Below, one piece after another: positions 13,225 through 24,905 of a stretch of 64,000 bases of DNA; the stretch's first letter is position 1, and each line of letters begins with the position of its first letter. Made by a program: the position numbers and the translations under genes. The stretch comes from Azolla caroliniana (Eukaryota; Plantae; Polypodiophyta). The notes below the pieces were generated by a model. That model saw only the letters and a list, made by a program, of their open reading frames with translations, was not told the origin of the DNA and made no database searches. The stretch spans positions 1,240,001 to 1,304,000 of the forward strand of contig JBHGNT010000020.1 of NCBI GenBank assembly GCA_043228905.1, given 5' to 3'.

Positions 13225-15194
13225 CTGTCAGTCAGTCTTTTAAATCACCCATCATCATCTCATTCAATTCATTGCCATCCATCCATCCATCCATCCATCC
13301 AATTCAATGTATTTTACATGCATCACTCAATGATTCACATCAATAATCAGGGCCTTCAAATGAGGATTTGTTACTACTTGAAATTTGGAGAAGCAAATTT
13401 AATCAAATTTGGAAGAGAGAATAGACTGCCCCACATTTCTGAATGTGCTGAACTTGGTTGTCGATGACGATTTTGTTGGCATCCAGCTCTTGAAGGACCT
13501 TCTTATTATCAGTACTTGTAGGACTAGGAGTAGGAGTAGCACCAACATCTGCACCACCATCATCATCAATTTCAATAAATTTCAAGACACAATGACATAT
13601 ATATATATATAGGCAGGCATACAGAATGAATCCATTGACACAAGCTACATTTACTGAATCGATCAATCAATGCATACAAATCTGTTAATCATTGCAGACA
13701 AATGTGTTAAGCAATGCATACAAATATGTGTTAATCGGTGCACACAAATATGTGTTAATCATAATCAATGAATGCAAATGTGTTAATCAATGCATGCAAA
13801 TGTGTTAATTGGTGCAGACATAAAGACGATATGTTTTATATACTTTAGCATTAACAGGGATTAACTGGCTCTGGTTATTAGCAGTAACGACAATTAATTT
13901 ATTAGCATTAGCATTAAGGAAGGAGGGCACCAATAAGTATGATTGATTAAGGAGAATTCTACTAATCCACTAGAAATATAATTAATAGGTCAATTAGATA
14001 GATGCCTGATCTGTTGTTCTTGGCTGCAGAAGAATCGGTGCTCTTGGATGGCGCAAAGAAACCCATGGCTCAACCCACTAAACCCAATTGAAAGAATTAT
14101 CCACACCCAAAATACAGAGACAGATGATATTGCGATTATGAATGAATGAACATATGTATGTATTAGATGATAGATGATTAGGGCTAATCCAATACATTAG
14201 GCATGAATGCAGATTCCTCCTATATATATGTATATGTATGTATAAATTATAAATGCAGGTATAGTATTTGACTCAAATAATTTATAAAATATAACTCAAT
14301 TCATTCAGTCGTGTGGATGTTGGGTCCGGTTTTTACTTCTGATTTTTAGCCCCAGAAATCAATCCATAAATAAAAAACTTAAGGACCCGACATTTCTTAT
14401 TGATTTCTTATAAAAAGATCAATAAAAAGGAAAGGGGAAAAAATACAGCAAAAAAATTCAATTCAAAAGAACAAAAAATTGCACAGAATTCAACTGAATT
14501 TAACAGAAGAACAGCGAGAAATCAATCCAATTCGCAAAAGACGGAGGAAACATGTACCAAAGATATCAGATTAGGTTCAATTCAGAACAATGCATTATTA
14601 TCAAATCAATACAATTCCGCCATAACTTAGAGAGATCAATCAATCCATTTGATTCATTCTTATGAAATAGATTGAAGGGAGAAACAAAACAGAGAATAAT
14701 TTAGAGACGATTGGGGACAGATTTCAAAAAGAGTTGTAATTGCTACTAATAATCTCACATTTCTCAGATTGGAGCTTCTGCTACTCTTCACTATCATATG
14801 ATCTAATATCTTTTTCTCATCCATCCATGGCCATCAATGTTGAGCTGTAAGAGCTCAACTAAATTCATGTGCATATATATCAAAGGAGGCATTTTTGTCT
14901 ATAGACTTGGGCATTATGTCCAGATTTAGCGGCTCATTATGGCAATTAATTGCTCCCTTAGCTACAAATCCAGACTCTCTTTTAAATGTGAGCTTTGCCA
15001 AGTTTCTGCAGATCATATGACCCATTTTTCGGATTCCGATGAAGCATCAAAGGATCTCCTCCCACCAAAATTGACACTCAGCAACCAAAATCGACACCAA
15101 TATTTTATCAGAGCATTCAATCATTGCCATGTATGGGCGAATACGGATCATGATTCATGTCCATCTGAGTAGTGTTTTGAAGACGGATCATTGT

Positions 15195-15388
15195 ACATTT
15201 TGTTTGAATGGAATGGAATCAACACATTAAGCCTATACAAAGTCTACATTTTGTTTGAATTGAATGGAATCGACACATTAAGCCTATACAAAGTCCACAA
15301 TTTGTTTGAATTGAATGGAATCGACACATTAAGCCTATACAAAGTCCACAATTTGTTTGAATTGAATGGAATCGACACATTAAGCCTA
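15195..15388. repeat. 51-bp minisatellite, ~4 copies
   Basis: Unit like acaatttgtttgaattgaatggaatcgacacattaagcctatacaaagtcc; visible as a 17-aa repeat in the shadow ORFs. Confidence 0.9.
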
Positions 15389-16474
15389 TCTTGTTGTCCC
15401 TTGTTGTTGTGTATCTTCTTGTTTTCTTTTGAATAATTTTGGACGACATAATCTTTGTCTCATATAAGTGATAAAGTGTTATCAAGATTCCGATCGCTAT
15501 TCTCTGGGTCCAAGGAATTATAGAGTCGACTTTCTTGTGATGACGATGAGACAACGGAGAAGATGGCGTAAAGATCAACCACTTCGAAGAAGCCCAAATC
15601 ATGAACAAATAGTGGGTTGGACTCTCTAACCCTAAAGAGAGTAGATGGCAGCCATTGAATCTTTAGTGCATTTACAATATCCTCGACAACCAACATAACT
15701 CTCAGCTAGAGTTATCAAAGTGGTCTAGTTTCGGTCTGTATGTGGGGATCAAGATGAATGGTCATGTGACTTAACACTTGACTAGGCTTAGATGATCATG
15801 TTAAGAGTTCATCTTGCCTCAAAATGAGTGAACCTGATTTCCAACAAAGTAGATGATGTGATGAAGTTCTTCTCACAATATCTGCTCCAATAGTTCAAAT
15901 CATCACACCACACACATATTCGCACAAGCCCTAGTTCTCGGTAGAACTCCTCACAATCTCTTCTCCAATAGTTCAAATCATCACACCACACACATATTCG
16001 CACAAAGCCCTAGTTGTCGATGATCGATCAGAAGGGGACCACCATTTATCTCACATTGTTTAGTATAATTGGAGGCCATGAACCACTTCCATGAATACAC
16101 CCAATGTTATACCTCCAATAGGACCTTTGATTAAGTTCCTTCTTGGTCAGGATCATGCATTTTATTGGACCTTTCTTTCCACTTGATCTAGATCCCTCCT
16201 TTCATGACCCTTTCCTTTGTTGGAGCCATGGTGCTCAAGGAAGATTTATTATCTCACTAATGTTGCTTGGCATAGCTACTACATGCTCTTTTAATGGCGA
16301 CCTATCCTAAAATAAGACCTTCATATTCGAGTAAAATACCTAGGTCTCATATGTACTTAGAATCCATGGTCATGGCCCATGAGGAATTGTAAGACCTTTC
16401 TTGGAGTCTAATATAATCTTCTGAATTGCCAAGAGTCATGTTAATATTGGGTTGGACAAGCCACTAACACAAGG

Positions 16475-16933
16475 TGTCCTTCCGGAACACTTCACCAAAG
16501 GGGTGGTACGGTAAGGAATGGAAAGACCGTAACACAGAACCGATCCTCTCCGATTGTTATCTGGATCGATTAGTTACACGCATAGGATCAACGTTATTAA
16601 GCACATAATAGAAATGACAAGATAAACAAGATATGAAAATAACAACACTTCTCTATTAATTATCTGTCTCTGGTTACATCATATCCGGATCCTTTTATAG
16701 GTATTCGGCTGTGTTACAAACCGGTGCCAATCGGCAACCAGCAACCAGCTACGAACCGGTCCGGATCCGGATCGGCAACCTGATTCCGGGTCCGTCCGTC
16801 CGATCTTATAATTATCATAATTAATTCTAATTACAATTCCCTTTATCCCAAAACCGGCTCCCCTTTCATACTTTGGCCTAACCGGCCAACATATGGCATG
16901 CCCGTGGGACAGTACCTTGTACGTCATCGAACA
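16475..16933 (-). mobile_element. Probable solo LTR
   Basis: TG...CA termini, TATA on - strand (rc of ccttttatagg at 16691), flanks caagg/cacgg (5-bp TSD with one mismatch). Confidence 0.5.
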
Positions 16934-17025
16934 CACGGGTTAGCCTCTTTACTCATCTTCTAGAATGTCCAGAATACTCTGGTTCAAGGATTCCATGGTT
17001 CATTGGGTAGTTGCTCCATCTGCTT

Positions 17026-18290
17026 CTATTGTTGCTGCTCCGATTGTTGTTGTTGTTGTTGCTGCTCTCCGACCGGGTCCTCATCTCCGGCTCCATCCAC
17101 TCCCAGCTTCACTGGTCTCTGCCCCTCCGGCTCTGGCTCCTCCGTCCTTGGCTTCTCCTGTTGCTCCCGTTCCACCTCCACTAGCTCTTCTGGTCTGGCT
17201 ACTCCCGGTTGCTCCACTCGAGCTTCATCTGGTTGGCCTCCTCCGGTTCCGGCTACATTCGGTGGCTCCGGGGATTGCTCTCCGTCACTTATGTTGATTG
17301 CCGCCGTCATTTGTGATGCCACCAGCCGTCTACACTCCCTCTCGTACCACTCAAATTGGAGTTGAGTGGCGCAAGCTGGTCATCATCCAATTGTTCTACC
17401 AGCCGTCTCACAACCGCCAATTGTTCTCCTGCCAGGGACAAGAAATCGTCTGACAACTCCTCCCGGATGGTTACAATGCTCTTCGCATCCATCTTGTAGA
17501 AGTTGTCACCGTTCTTTCTCCGGTTCTCAGCATCAACTCGCAGAGTCTGTAATTCCACCGCCTGTTGTGCCCATTTTGACCACCATTGCACTGAGCTTTC
17601 CTCAATCATACTCTTTGTCCTTTCTTTCCATGCTAACACAATGGCACAGATCCGATTGAGCCCTATCTTGGATTTGTCCTCCGCAACCTGTTTTTCCTCC
17701 TTTAACTTCTTTATCAAGCCCGCGGTTGCCTGTGCTTGCACCCCATATTCCAGCAATTGGGTCTGATACGTTGTTTGAACCCTATTCAGAGCCAATTTTG
17801 CTCTTTCCATCTCGTCATAGTGTTGTCCGGTGAGCACCATCCTTTCTCTTGCCGCTTCCTCCAGCAACTTTGCTAACTCAACCGCCTTCGTTCGTTCTTC
17901 CGCCAACGCCTCCGTTTTCTTGGTTACTTTGTTCCGGAGTTCTCTTATCTTCTCCTATTGCCGGTCACATTCCACCATCAACTTCTGGTGCTCTACTTCC
18001 AAGTGCTTGTGATCCCGATGCAATTTTTCAAAGTCCTCGGTCTTCTCATTTAACCTCCGGTTGATTTGACTTCTTACTCGGTCTTCTCTATCTTTCTGTT
18101 TTCGGAGCTCTTCTTTCAGTCGTTCAATCTCTCCTTTTGCTATCCGGCGCAGCTTGTCTTTTTCTTGTAGCAGTTTGTTGTTTTCCTCTTTTAACCGGTT
18201 GTTGGCTGCTTGAGTCTTTTGGAGGTTTTCTTCTCTTTTTCGCTTCTCCTCCTCCATTGTCTTCTTCTGCTCCCTGTCTCTGGCCCGCAA
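17026..18290 (-). pseudogene. Fragmented coiled-coil protein ORF with acidic/Gln-rich tail, probably TE-borne
   Basis: Three consecutive - strand ORFs (17955-18290, 17307-17906, 17026-17322) rich in E/K/R/L heptads, broken by a stop and a frameshift; no introns seen. Confidence 0.55.
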
Positions 18291-18414
18291 GGCCTCCTGA
18301 GCTACTAACTCCTCCCTTAGGTTGGAGAGTTCTTGTTAGCGCATATTACTTGTGTTTGGCGTTGTAGGAGCTACCGTCGTGTTATTTATCTGTCTTGTCT
18401 GTCCCGGCTTGTGT

Positions 18415-18900
18415 TTGGCGTTGCGGAAGGGAGGTTGTAGTGGCATGAGGACTACTCCGAATCGAGGCAACATAGCCGTCGGAAGTAGTCGAGCTCGGAA
18501 CCGATTATTGTAAAAACCACCGAAATTGTGGTGTCAAGCTTAGCAATTCCAAAGAAAACAAAACCGGTTTTGATTCATAGCCGTTTTCTATTAATCATGA
18601 AATGGATTCTATGTAAAAAAGAAAACCCACCGAAATCGTGGTATTAAATCTAACTTGTATATAAATTGCCCATGTCTTTGTCTTGATCTCCCACTTCATA
18701 ACTACTTTTGTCTCCCAGGTCCAAGGCCCTAGCGGTCCCATTCAAGCGACACACGCACACGAAAATTCGCGACATTGGTGAACCCGACATGAAAGAGCAG
18801 TAGGGGAGGACAGACACAGATGAAGAAGATTTCGTGGAGAGGATGTCGAAGACGATGGTGGATTTCAAGAGGGCAAGGCGCAATGAAGAAGAAAAAAAAA
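18415..18900 (+). mobile_element. Gypsy LTR 3' part (ends cgcgaca 18774), tRNA-Trp PBS (18776-18793) and start of gag
   Basis: tggtgaacccgacatgaa directly after CA. The segment 18415-18760 is repeated at ~19560-19885. Confidence 0.65.
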
Positions 18901-18983
18901 ACAAAGCTTGAGAATGTTTGGCCCTGCCACATCACTTTTTTCTTTGGCACATGCCGAAGGATGTGCGGTTTGGTGGGGGTGGA

Positions 18984-19890
18984 TGTCATGGTGTGGCGTG
19001 TGTAGTGTGAGAAAAAGCGACGTTCCACGCACATTTCATGAAATAACACATAAAAATAAAATTATTAAGAAACTTGTAGTAGCTTAGTGGTTAAGGCGTA
19101 TAAGTATATGTAGAGAGGTGTAGAGTTTGAGTCTCTCTTCCTATAAATTAAGGAGTATTTTGTTCCTCTTCCAATTTTGGGAAAGGGAAAAAAAGAAGCA
19201 ACATGTAATGTTAAAATAAGCTCCTCTTTACTTTTAAGAGAGGAGGGATACGACTTATTTGGGGGTCACCCATTTTGGCTTAGGGGTGTACCACTATGGT
19301 TTCATCTTCTTCTCCTCTTCTTCTAGGGTTATGGTTTGGTAGCCTCAGTTTCTCCTTATCACTCTCTCTTTCATCTTTTGCTTCTAGGCTTAGGGTTTGA
19401 GAGCTCATTCTTTTCTCCTCAACATACTAGAGGAATAATTTAGGATTTTAGGGTTTGAGAGGTTTTCTTCTAGTATTCTACTTCTTACTCAAGATAATTT
19501 AGGGTTTGGATTTCCTAAACAACAGCTTTTCCGGCATCTCGGTGGTTGTAAACTCGGGGGCCGTTGCGGAAGGGAGGTTGTAGTGGCATGAGGGTTACTC
19601 TGAATCAAGGCAACATAGCCATCAGAAGTAGTCGAGCTCGGAGCCCACTAGACTCGTCTTCGCTAGATTATTTTAGCCTTTGTTTGATTTATAACCGATT
19701 ATTGTAATAACCACCGAAATCGTGGTGTCAAGCTTAACAATTGTAAAAAAATTTAAAACAAAAACCCTAATCTATATAAAATATTATGTATATTTCCCCA
19801 TGTCTTTGTCTTAATCTCCCACTTCCTCACTACTTTTGTCTCCCCGGTCCAAGGCCCCAGTTGTCCCGTTCAAGCGACAGACGCCTGCGG
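18984..19890 (+). mobile_element. Second LTR copy of the same family, containing a tRNA-like module at ~19073-19145
   Basis: 3' ~330 bp is homologous to 18415-18760. A-box TAGCTTAGTGG and degenerate B-box GAGTTTGAGTC. 5' boundary uncertain. Confidence 0.5.
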
Positions 19891-19943
19891 CTCTCATCAA
19901 CTCAACTCTTCTCTTCCCATCTGGAGGGACCCGTTTCCTAACA

Positions 19944-20213
19944 CCCTTAACCATAAGGTCTCTAGTCTAAAGTTGTTACTAATATCAATCAAGGAGATTA
20001 TCGTTACATTGGTTCAGTAGCTTAGTTGGTTGGGCATATGTTTGTTAACCATAACATCGGTGGTTCAAGACCTCCTTTGAGAGGACATGAAAATCACCTA
20101 TTTTGGTCTTATGACCTTAACCATAAGGTTGGTGGTTTGGTTAAAGCGTATGCCCATTAACCATAAGGTTATTGGTCCAAGGTGTTTACCAATATCAATC
20201 AAATAAATTACCA
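19944..20213 (+). repeat. Detached piece of the tRNA-Asn-derived satellite
   Basis: Colinear with 30350-30620 and 31900-32140 (cccttaaccataagg..., ggttcagtagcttagttgg...gttaaccataacatcggtggttcaag). Confidence 0.9.
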
Positions 20214-20581
20214 ACACGTTCGCGTTCACAAGTGGAAGGATCACGCATAAATGGAAGGATAAGGAATATTTTGGTTGATTTTAGTACTTTTTCCATGATT
20301 TTACAAAACACATTGATACCAGTATCATACATGTTCATATATACTATGAAAAAGGTTAAAAATCCACTATTTTCGTGATTTAGAAAAAAAGAAGAAAAAG
20401 AGGAATTTCAAAAAGTTACATTCTCAATTTATATCACAAACTTTATAACCAATGTTATTTTATAAGAAACGATTTTTTAGAAATCATAAGAATTCAAAAC
20501 ACATGCTTTTATATTACTCGATTTGTTACAAGCGGAATGTAGTTACACTTAATAGCCCAAAATACATTCATGATCACTCCT

Positions 20582-23500
20582 TTACGGAGAATCACTACTA
20601 TAACTAATATACAATGACGATTCCTCCTCGTCATCCTCGGATGTACCAATCAATGCATTATCTTCGTCATAAACCAAATGGTTTGACTCTAGATTATATG
20701 TAGCAGATCTTGTTTGCCTTGGACTCAAGCCACCTTGTGTCTAGACCTGGTAATTTTTCTTTTATTATACCTATTGTTGACTTCCTTAATTGTCCGGCTT
20801 TTGTAAGCGTGAAGTCGTACACGATGATATCCACATCAGAGATATCAAGGGTCGAGGTGTTACGAATGTTTTGCTTCCTCTTCCTACCTCCCCTTGTCGT
20901 TCGGCATTCAATCATCTCCAATGTATACTTACCTGTCAAAGCATTTGCACTTCTAGTGTTGTAGCAATGAACGTTTATAGACTTGATCATGTTTTCTATT
21001 TCATCCATTAGCACTTCTAGAATTTTACCAACCCAAAATTGGTGGCCATGGGAGTTCTCATCAGTCGGCGTTGCAATCAACATCCCCACCACGAGCTCTT
21101 GCAAATTGCCTTGCCATCTAACTTCGGCTGCTTTGGTCATCCTTGGTCCCACATAAATGTCTCTTTGTTGTGGATGGACCAAACTGTCATTAATCGCATT
21201 TGCTGGTTGCTCCGGAGTTTTATTTACACGATCATGTTGTAGCGACCATGTGAATGGCGTTTCCAAATTCCAATTATCACCAAATACACAATTGTCTATA
21301 ATTCCTTTCTGATCACTAAAAAATACATCCCACCATGACGTGTCTTGTTGTGCGGCATATTTCTTGGCGGCCTCAATATGCTTTCTTTTTTCTTCTAAGG
21401 CTTGGAGCCATAATTGTTTTTGTTCCGATACCAAGTCACTATGCAACTGTCCTTTCTTATCAATTGGCATTTGTTTAGCTCCATGGACAATTGTACTAGG
21501 CATACAAAGTAATAACTGGCAACCACCTTCAGGTTCCCATGTTGTCGAAGATGAATATTGTTTAGCATACAAAAGCGTAGAATCACTTATTTCATTTTTC
21601 TTTATCATAAAAATGTGATTGATGCTTATATTGTTTAATTGGGCGAGCACTTTAACATTCCCAACACCCCCATTTGATATATATCTCTTAAAGTCATTTA
21701 CCTCCTTGTGTAACACTTTTGGGCGTGGTTTATATGCATCACAAATGACATCAAATAGTTTTGGTAATGTGAAAGCATCATGCTAAGACAACTGTCTAGA
21801 GAATGTGCTAAACATCTGATCTATATGATCATGTGTGTGGCCAACCAAAAGAAAATTGACTTTCACTTTTCTAAACAATCCTTGGTTGACCAACATACTT
21901 AGATAGCCAAACACAGTTGAATTTATGTTCTCTCTAGCAGTATTGTCCAATTGAATGTATAGAACTGGGGGGAACGGTTGGCCCCAAGACATCAAAACTC
22001 GATGAATCACTGTAACTGTTAGGTTAGGGTCATTGTGAACATTGGGGTATGTAATGAAGACGTGAGGTCCAACCGACCTATTATAAGGCAAGCATCCCAC
22101 CAAGTGCATTTGAACAAGGCACTCATCATTGACGTCTTTGGGGAGCTTCCGCATATATGGCAAGCACGTCTTCTTCTAGTCCATGCCATCTATCATTAAG
22201 CACATGTATTGTTCAGGCCTCTTCAAACACTTCTCTCTATGATGCATCGCCTTCTTTCGTTCTAATGATTGTGCCTCACGATGCTCCTGTAGTAACTTCT
22301 TACTCATATCCTTTTCTATTGATGTCTTTGCACCTTTAGCCAAACTTTTAAGATTTGCACAAATGGAGAAATACCCCATGCGTACTTTATACGGAATGAT
22401 AACATTTGAAAACCGAGCTCTCCATAATCTTGTGAATTGGCTATATGTGATAGATTTATTACGTGAGCCCACCATATCAGATCGATAGACATCATAAACT
22501 TCCCGGTGTGAGTAATTATAAGAGAGGTGCATCCTACCAGTAGTGGGAATTACTTCACAATTAAACTTAAAGTAACTTTTCATCCAACCAATAACATGTC
22601 TTCCAATTGCACCTTTCATACTTCGAACCTCTTTACAGTTGAGCATCTGATCCCCGCTAAGTAGACATTGTTGTACTCTATGTAGCCACATGTTATTAAC
22701 ACATAACGCAATTTTGAATGCAACTATATATATCTGTTGCGCAAGGAAGATATAATACTTGAATGATACTTTGATCCCCGTACATTTGTCAGACACTAGT
22801 TGCATATGTGACCCGAGGTAAGTGTCTTGCTCATCACTAGTCATCGAAAAATAGTATCGCCTTAATTCTCGCAACTTCGATTTTCCAATCATAGACATAC
22901 AACCACGGGCATAACATATTTTATTGACATCAAATCCAATCTGCTTATCTGATGTCACCAAGTTAAATCTGGCTAAACGAATTTGTGAAAGTGTTTTTAG
23001 AAATCAAGGTATTGAAGTCTACAAAAATATAAGGTATGGAGCATTCACACCCGAAGGCCAAGAACACGAGCTAAGGTTTCAAGTATAAGTCAAACTAAAA
23101 GCAAGAAAGATGGAGAAAAGTAAAAGAAGGAAAAAGCAGACCACCAAAAAGCAGTCATAAACAAACGCTCATAACTCTCATAACAAAAAGCAGACCACCA
23201 AATGTCACGTGTAAATATGGGTTAGAAAGCTTATGACGAGAGCTATCCGTAGCTTTTGGAAACTCTAAATTTGGAGCATGGATGAGGGAGATATGACGAT
23301 TAGAAGATCGTTGTGTCATAGCTAAGAATAGGAGATGGAAAAGCTCTAAAAAAAGCATGGAAAAGAAAGCAAGCGAAACTTATCTACTAGAGGAGAACTT
23401 CATATAAAGCAAGAAGAGTGAGGTGGTGAGGAGGGCTTTTTTCTTGTGGTGTTTTGCTTGCCTATTCATGTAGTGCGTTTTTCTAGTGATCAATTCATCC

Positions 23501-24020
23501 TTGTAGGCTTGAGTTTATGTATCTTCTTTCTCTTGTTTCGATGATCATCACTCCTTATTAATATATCTTTGTAGATTTGGGTTTCTATATCTTCCTTCTC
23601 TCTCTTTTCTATCATCATCTCTCTTTTCAGAAATCTACGTGGGATTCTTCTAATATGCATAGGGCTTATAGATTTCTCTTCCTGCATAGAAGTTGGTGTA
23701 ACCTTGTTACAATCCAATTCTTTGTTGTGACCATCGCCCATGATATTCAATGTTTCATTGGCACTACCTTCATTCTCCGTATCTTTATTAATATCGTATT
23801 TTTCAATAGAGGACTCTTCACATGTGTCATTATTCACATGTGTTGTAGGTGAAGATGAGCTCAAACAATACTCTTTGATAGAAATGGGTGAGTCTGTCGA
23901 CAGACAATATTCTTTGATAGAAAATGGTGAGTCTGTTGATAGACAATACTCTTCGGTAGAAAACGAAGAGTCTAATGACAAACAATATTCTTCAATCGAG
24001 AACGGTGAGTCTTCACTCAT
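20582..24020 (-). pseudogene. Sola-like (DUF7869-type) DDD transposase pseudogene
   Basis: ORFs 22176-22961, 21783-22163 and 20694-21716 are one reading frame broken by two TAG stops. Motifs CLMIDGMD, LYIQLDNTAREN, FLLVGHTHDHIDQMFS. ORF 23490-24020 (four 13-aa repeats) is a probable N-terminal part; a frameshifted acidic tail ends at ~20582. Confidence 0.75.
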
Positions 24021-24905
24021 GGCTTAAGGTCCACACAAAGCTCTTTAAGTTATGTGCTTGGGCTAATATAAAAAACTGATAAACTCCTCTCTAAACAGAA
24101 GCTCCCTCAATATAATATCTATATTATTTAATATTATATTAATACAATAAATAAAGATATTATTTTTAATATAATAATTTTATTCAACATATTAATAATT
24201 ACTTAAACTAGTCAGTATAAAGTTGAATCAATTATATTTTATACCTTATTAATTCTATAATATATAATTTAAATTAAATTTACTTTAGCCATGAAGTATA
24301 ATATAATTACAATCATTACCAAGCAATATATATGTTGGTTTAAAGTTAAAATCATTAGTTAATTAATGGCACCCATATTTAATATAGAACTTCTCAATCA
24401 TTGGTTCATTCATGGCCACATCTTAAATACAAAACATTAGAGAGTCATAAAAATGTTGCTTTGAGTATTCAATCATTGGTTCATTCATGAACCTCTATCA
24501 TTGTTTTCCTTCATGACCTTCAAAGTCATTGTATGTTAGTTTGAGTATAAAATAATCATTAATATGTTAGTTTGAGTATTTAATCATTGATTCATTCATA
24601 AGCATCATTTAATTCAAATCCATTAGAGAGTGATTGGTACATTCAAGATTATGTACTAAATAAAGTAACTAACTAACTCTTTCTTAGGTCTAACTAACTA
24701 ACCTTAAGCTTACCAACCGTGGTTAAAGTGATTGTGGTTACTTTAACCACTGTGGTCAATCCCTATAAATAGGAAGACCTCCTCATTTCTCAATCACTCA
24801 TGCGCATAACAAAGCACACAAGCACACAGAGCAGACAAAGCACAAAGAGCTCATAACACGCAACACCAAATTGTCATCTCCCCCTAAGCATTGACAACGT
24901 GAATC

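Noticed and set aside
14700-16460. Short gag-like remnants including duplicated CVWCDD knuckle-like text
   Set aside because: Too decayed to delimit or classify.
23000-23480. CACTA-like start (CACTACATG on - strand) inside the transposase region
   Set aside because: No matching TAGTG end or TSD found; could be an intron or another insertion.
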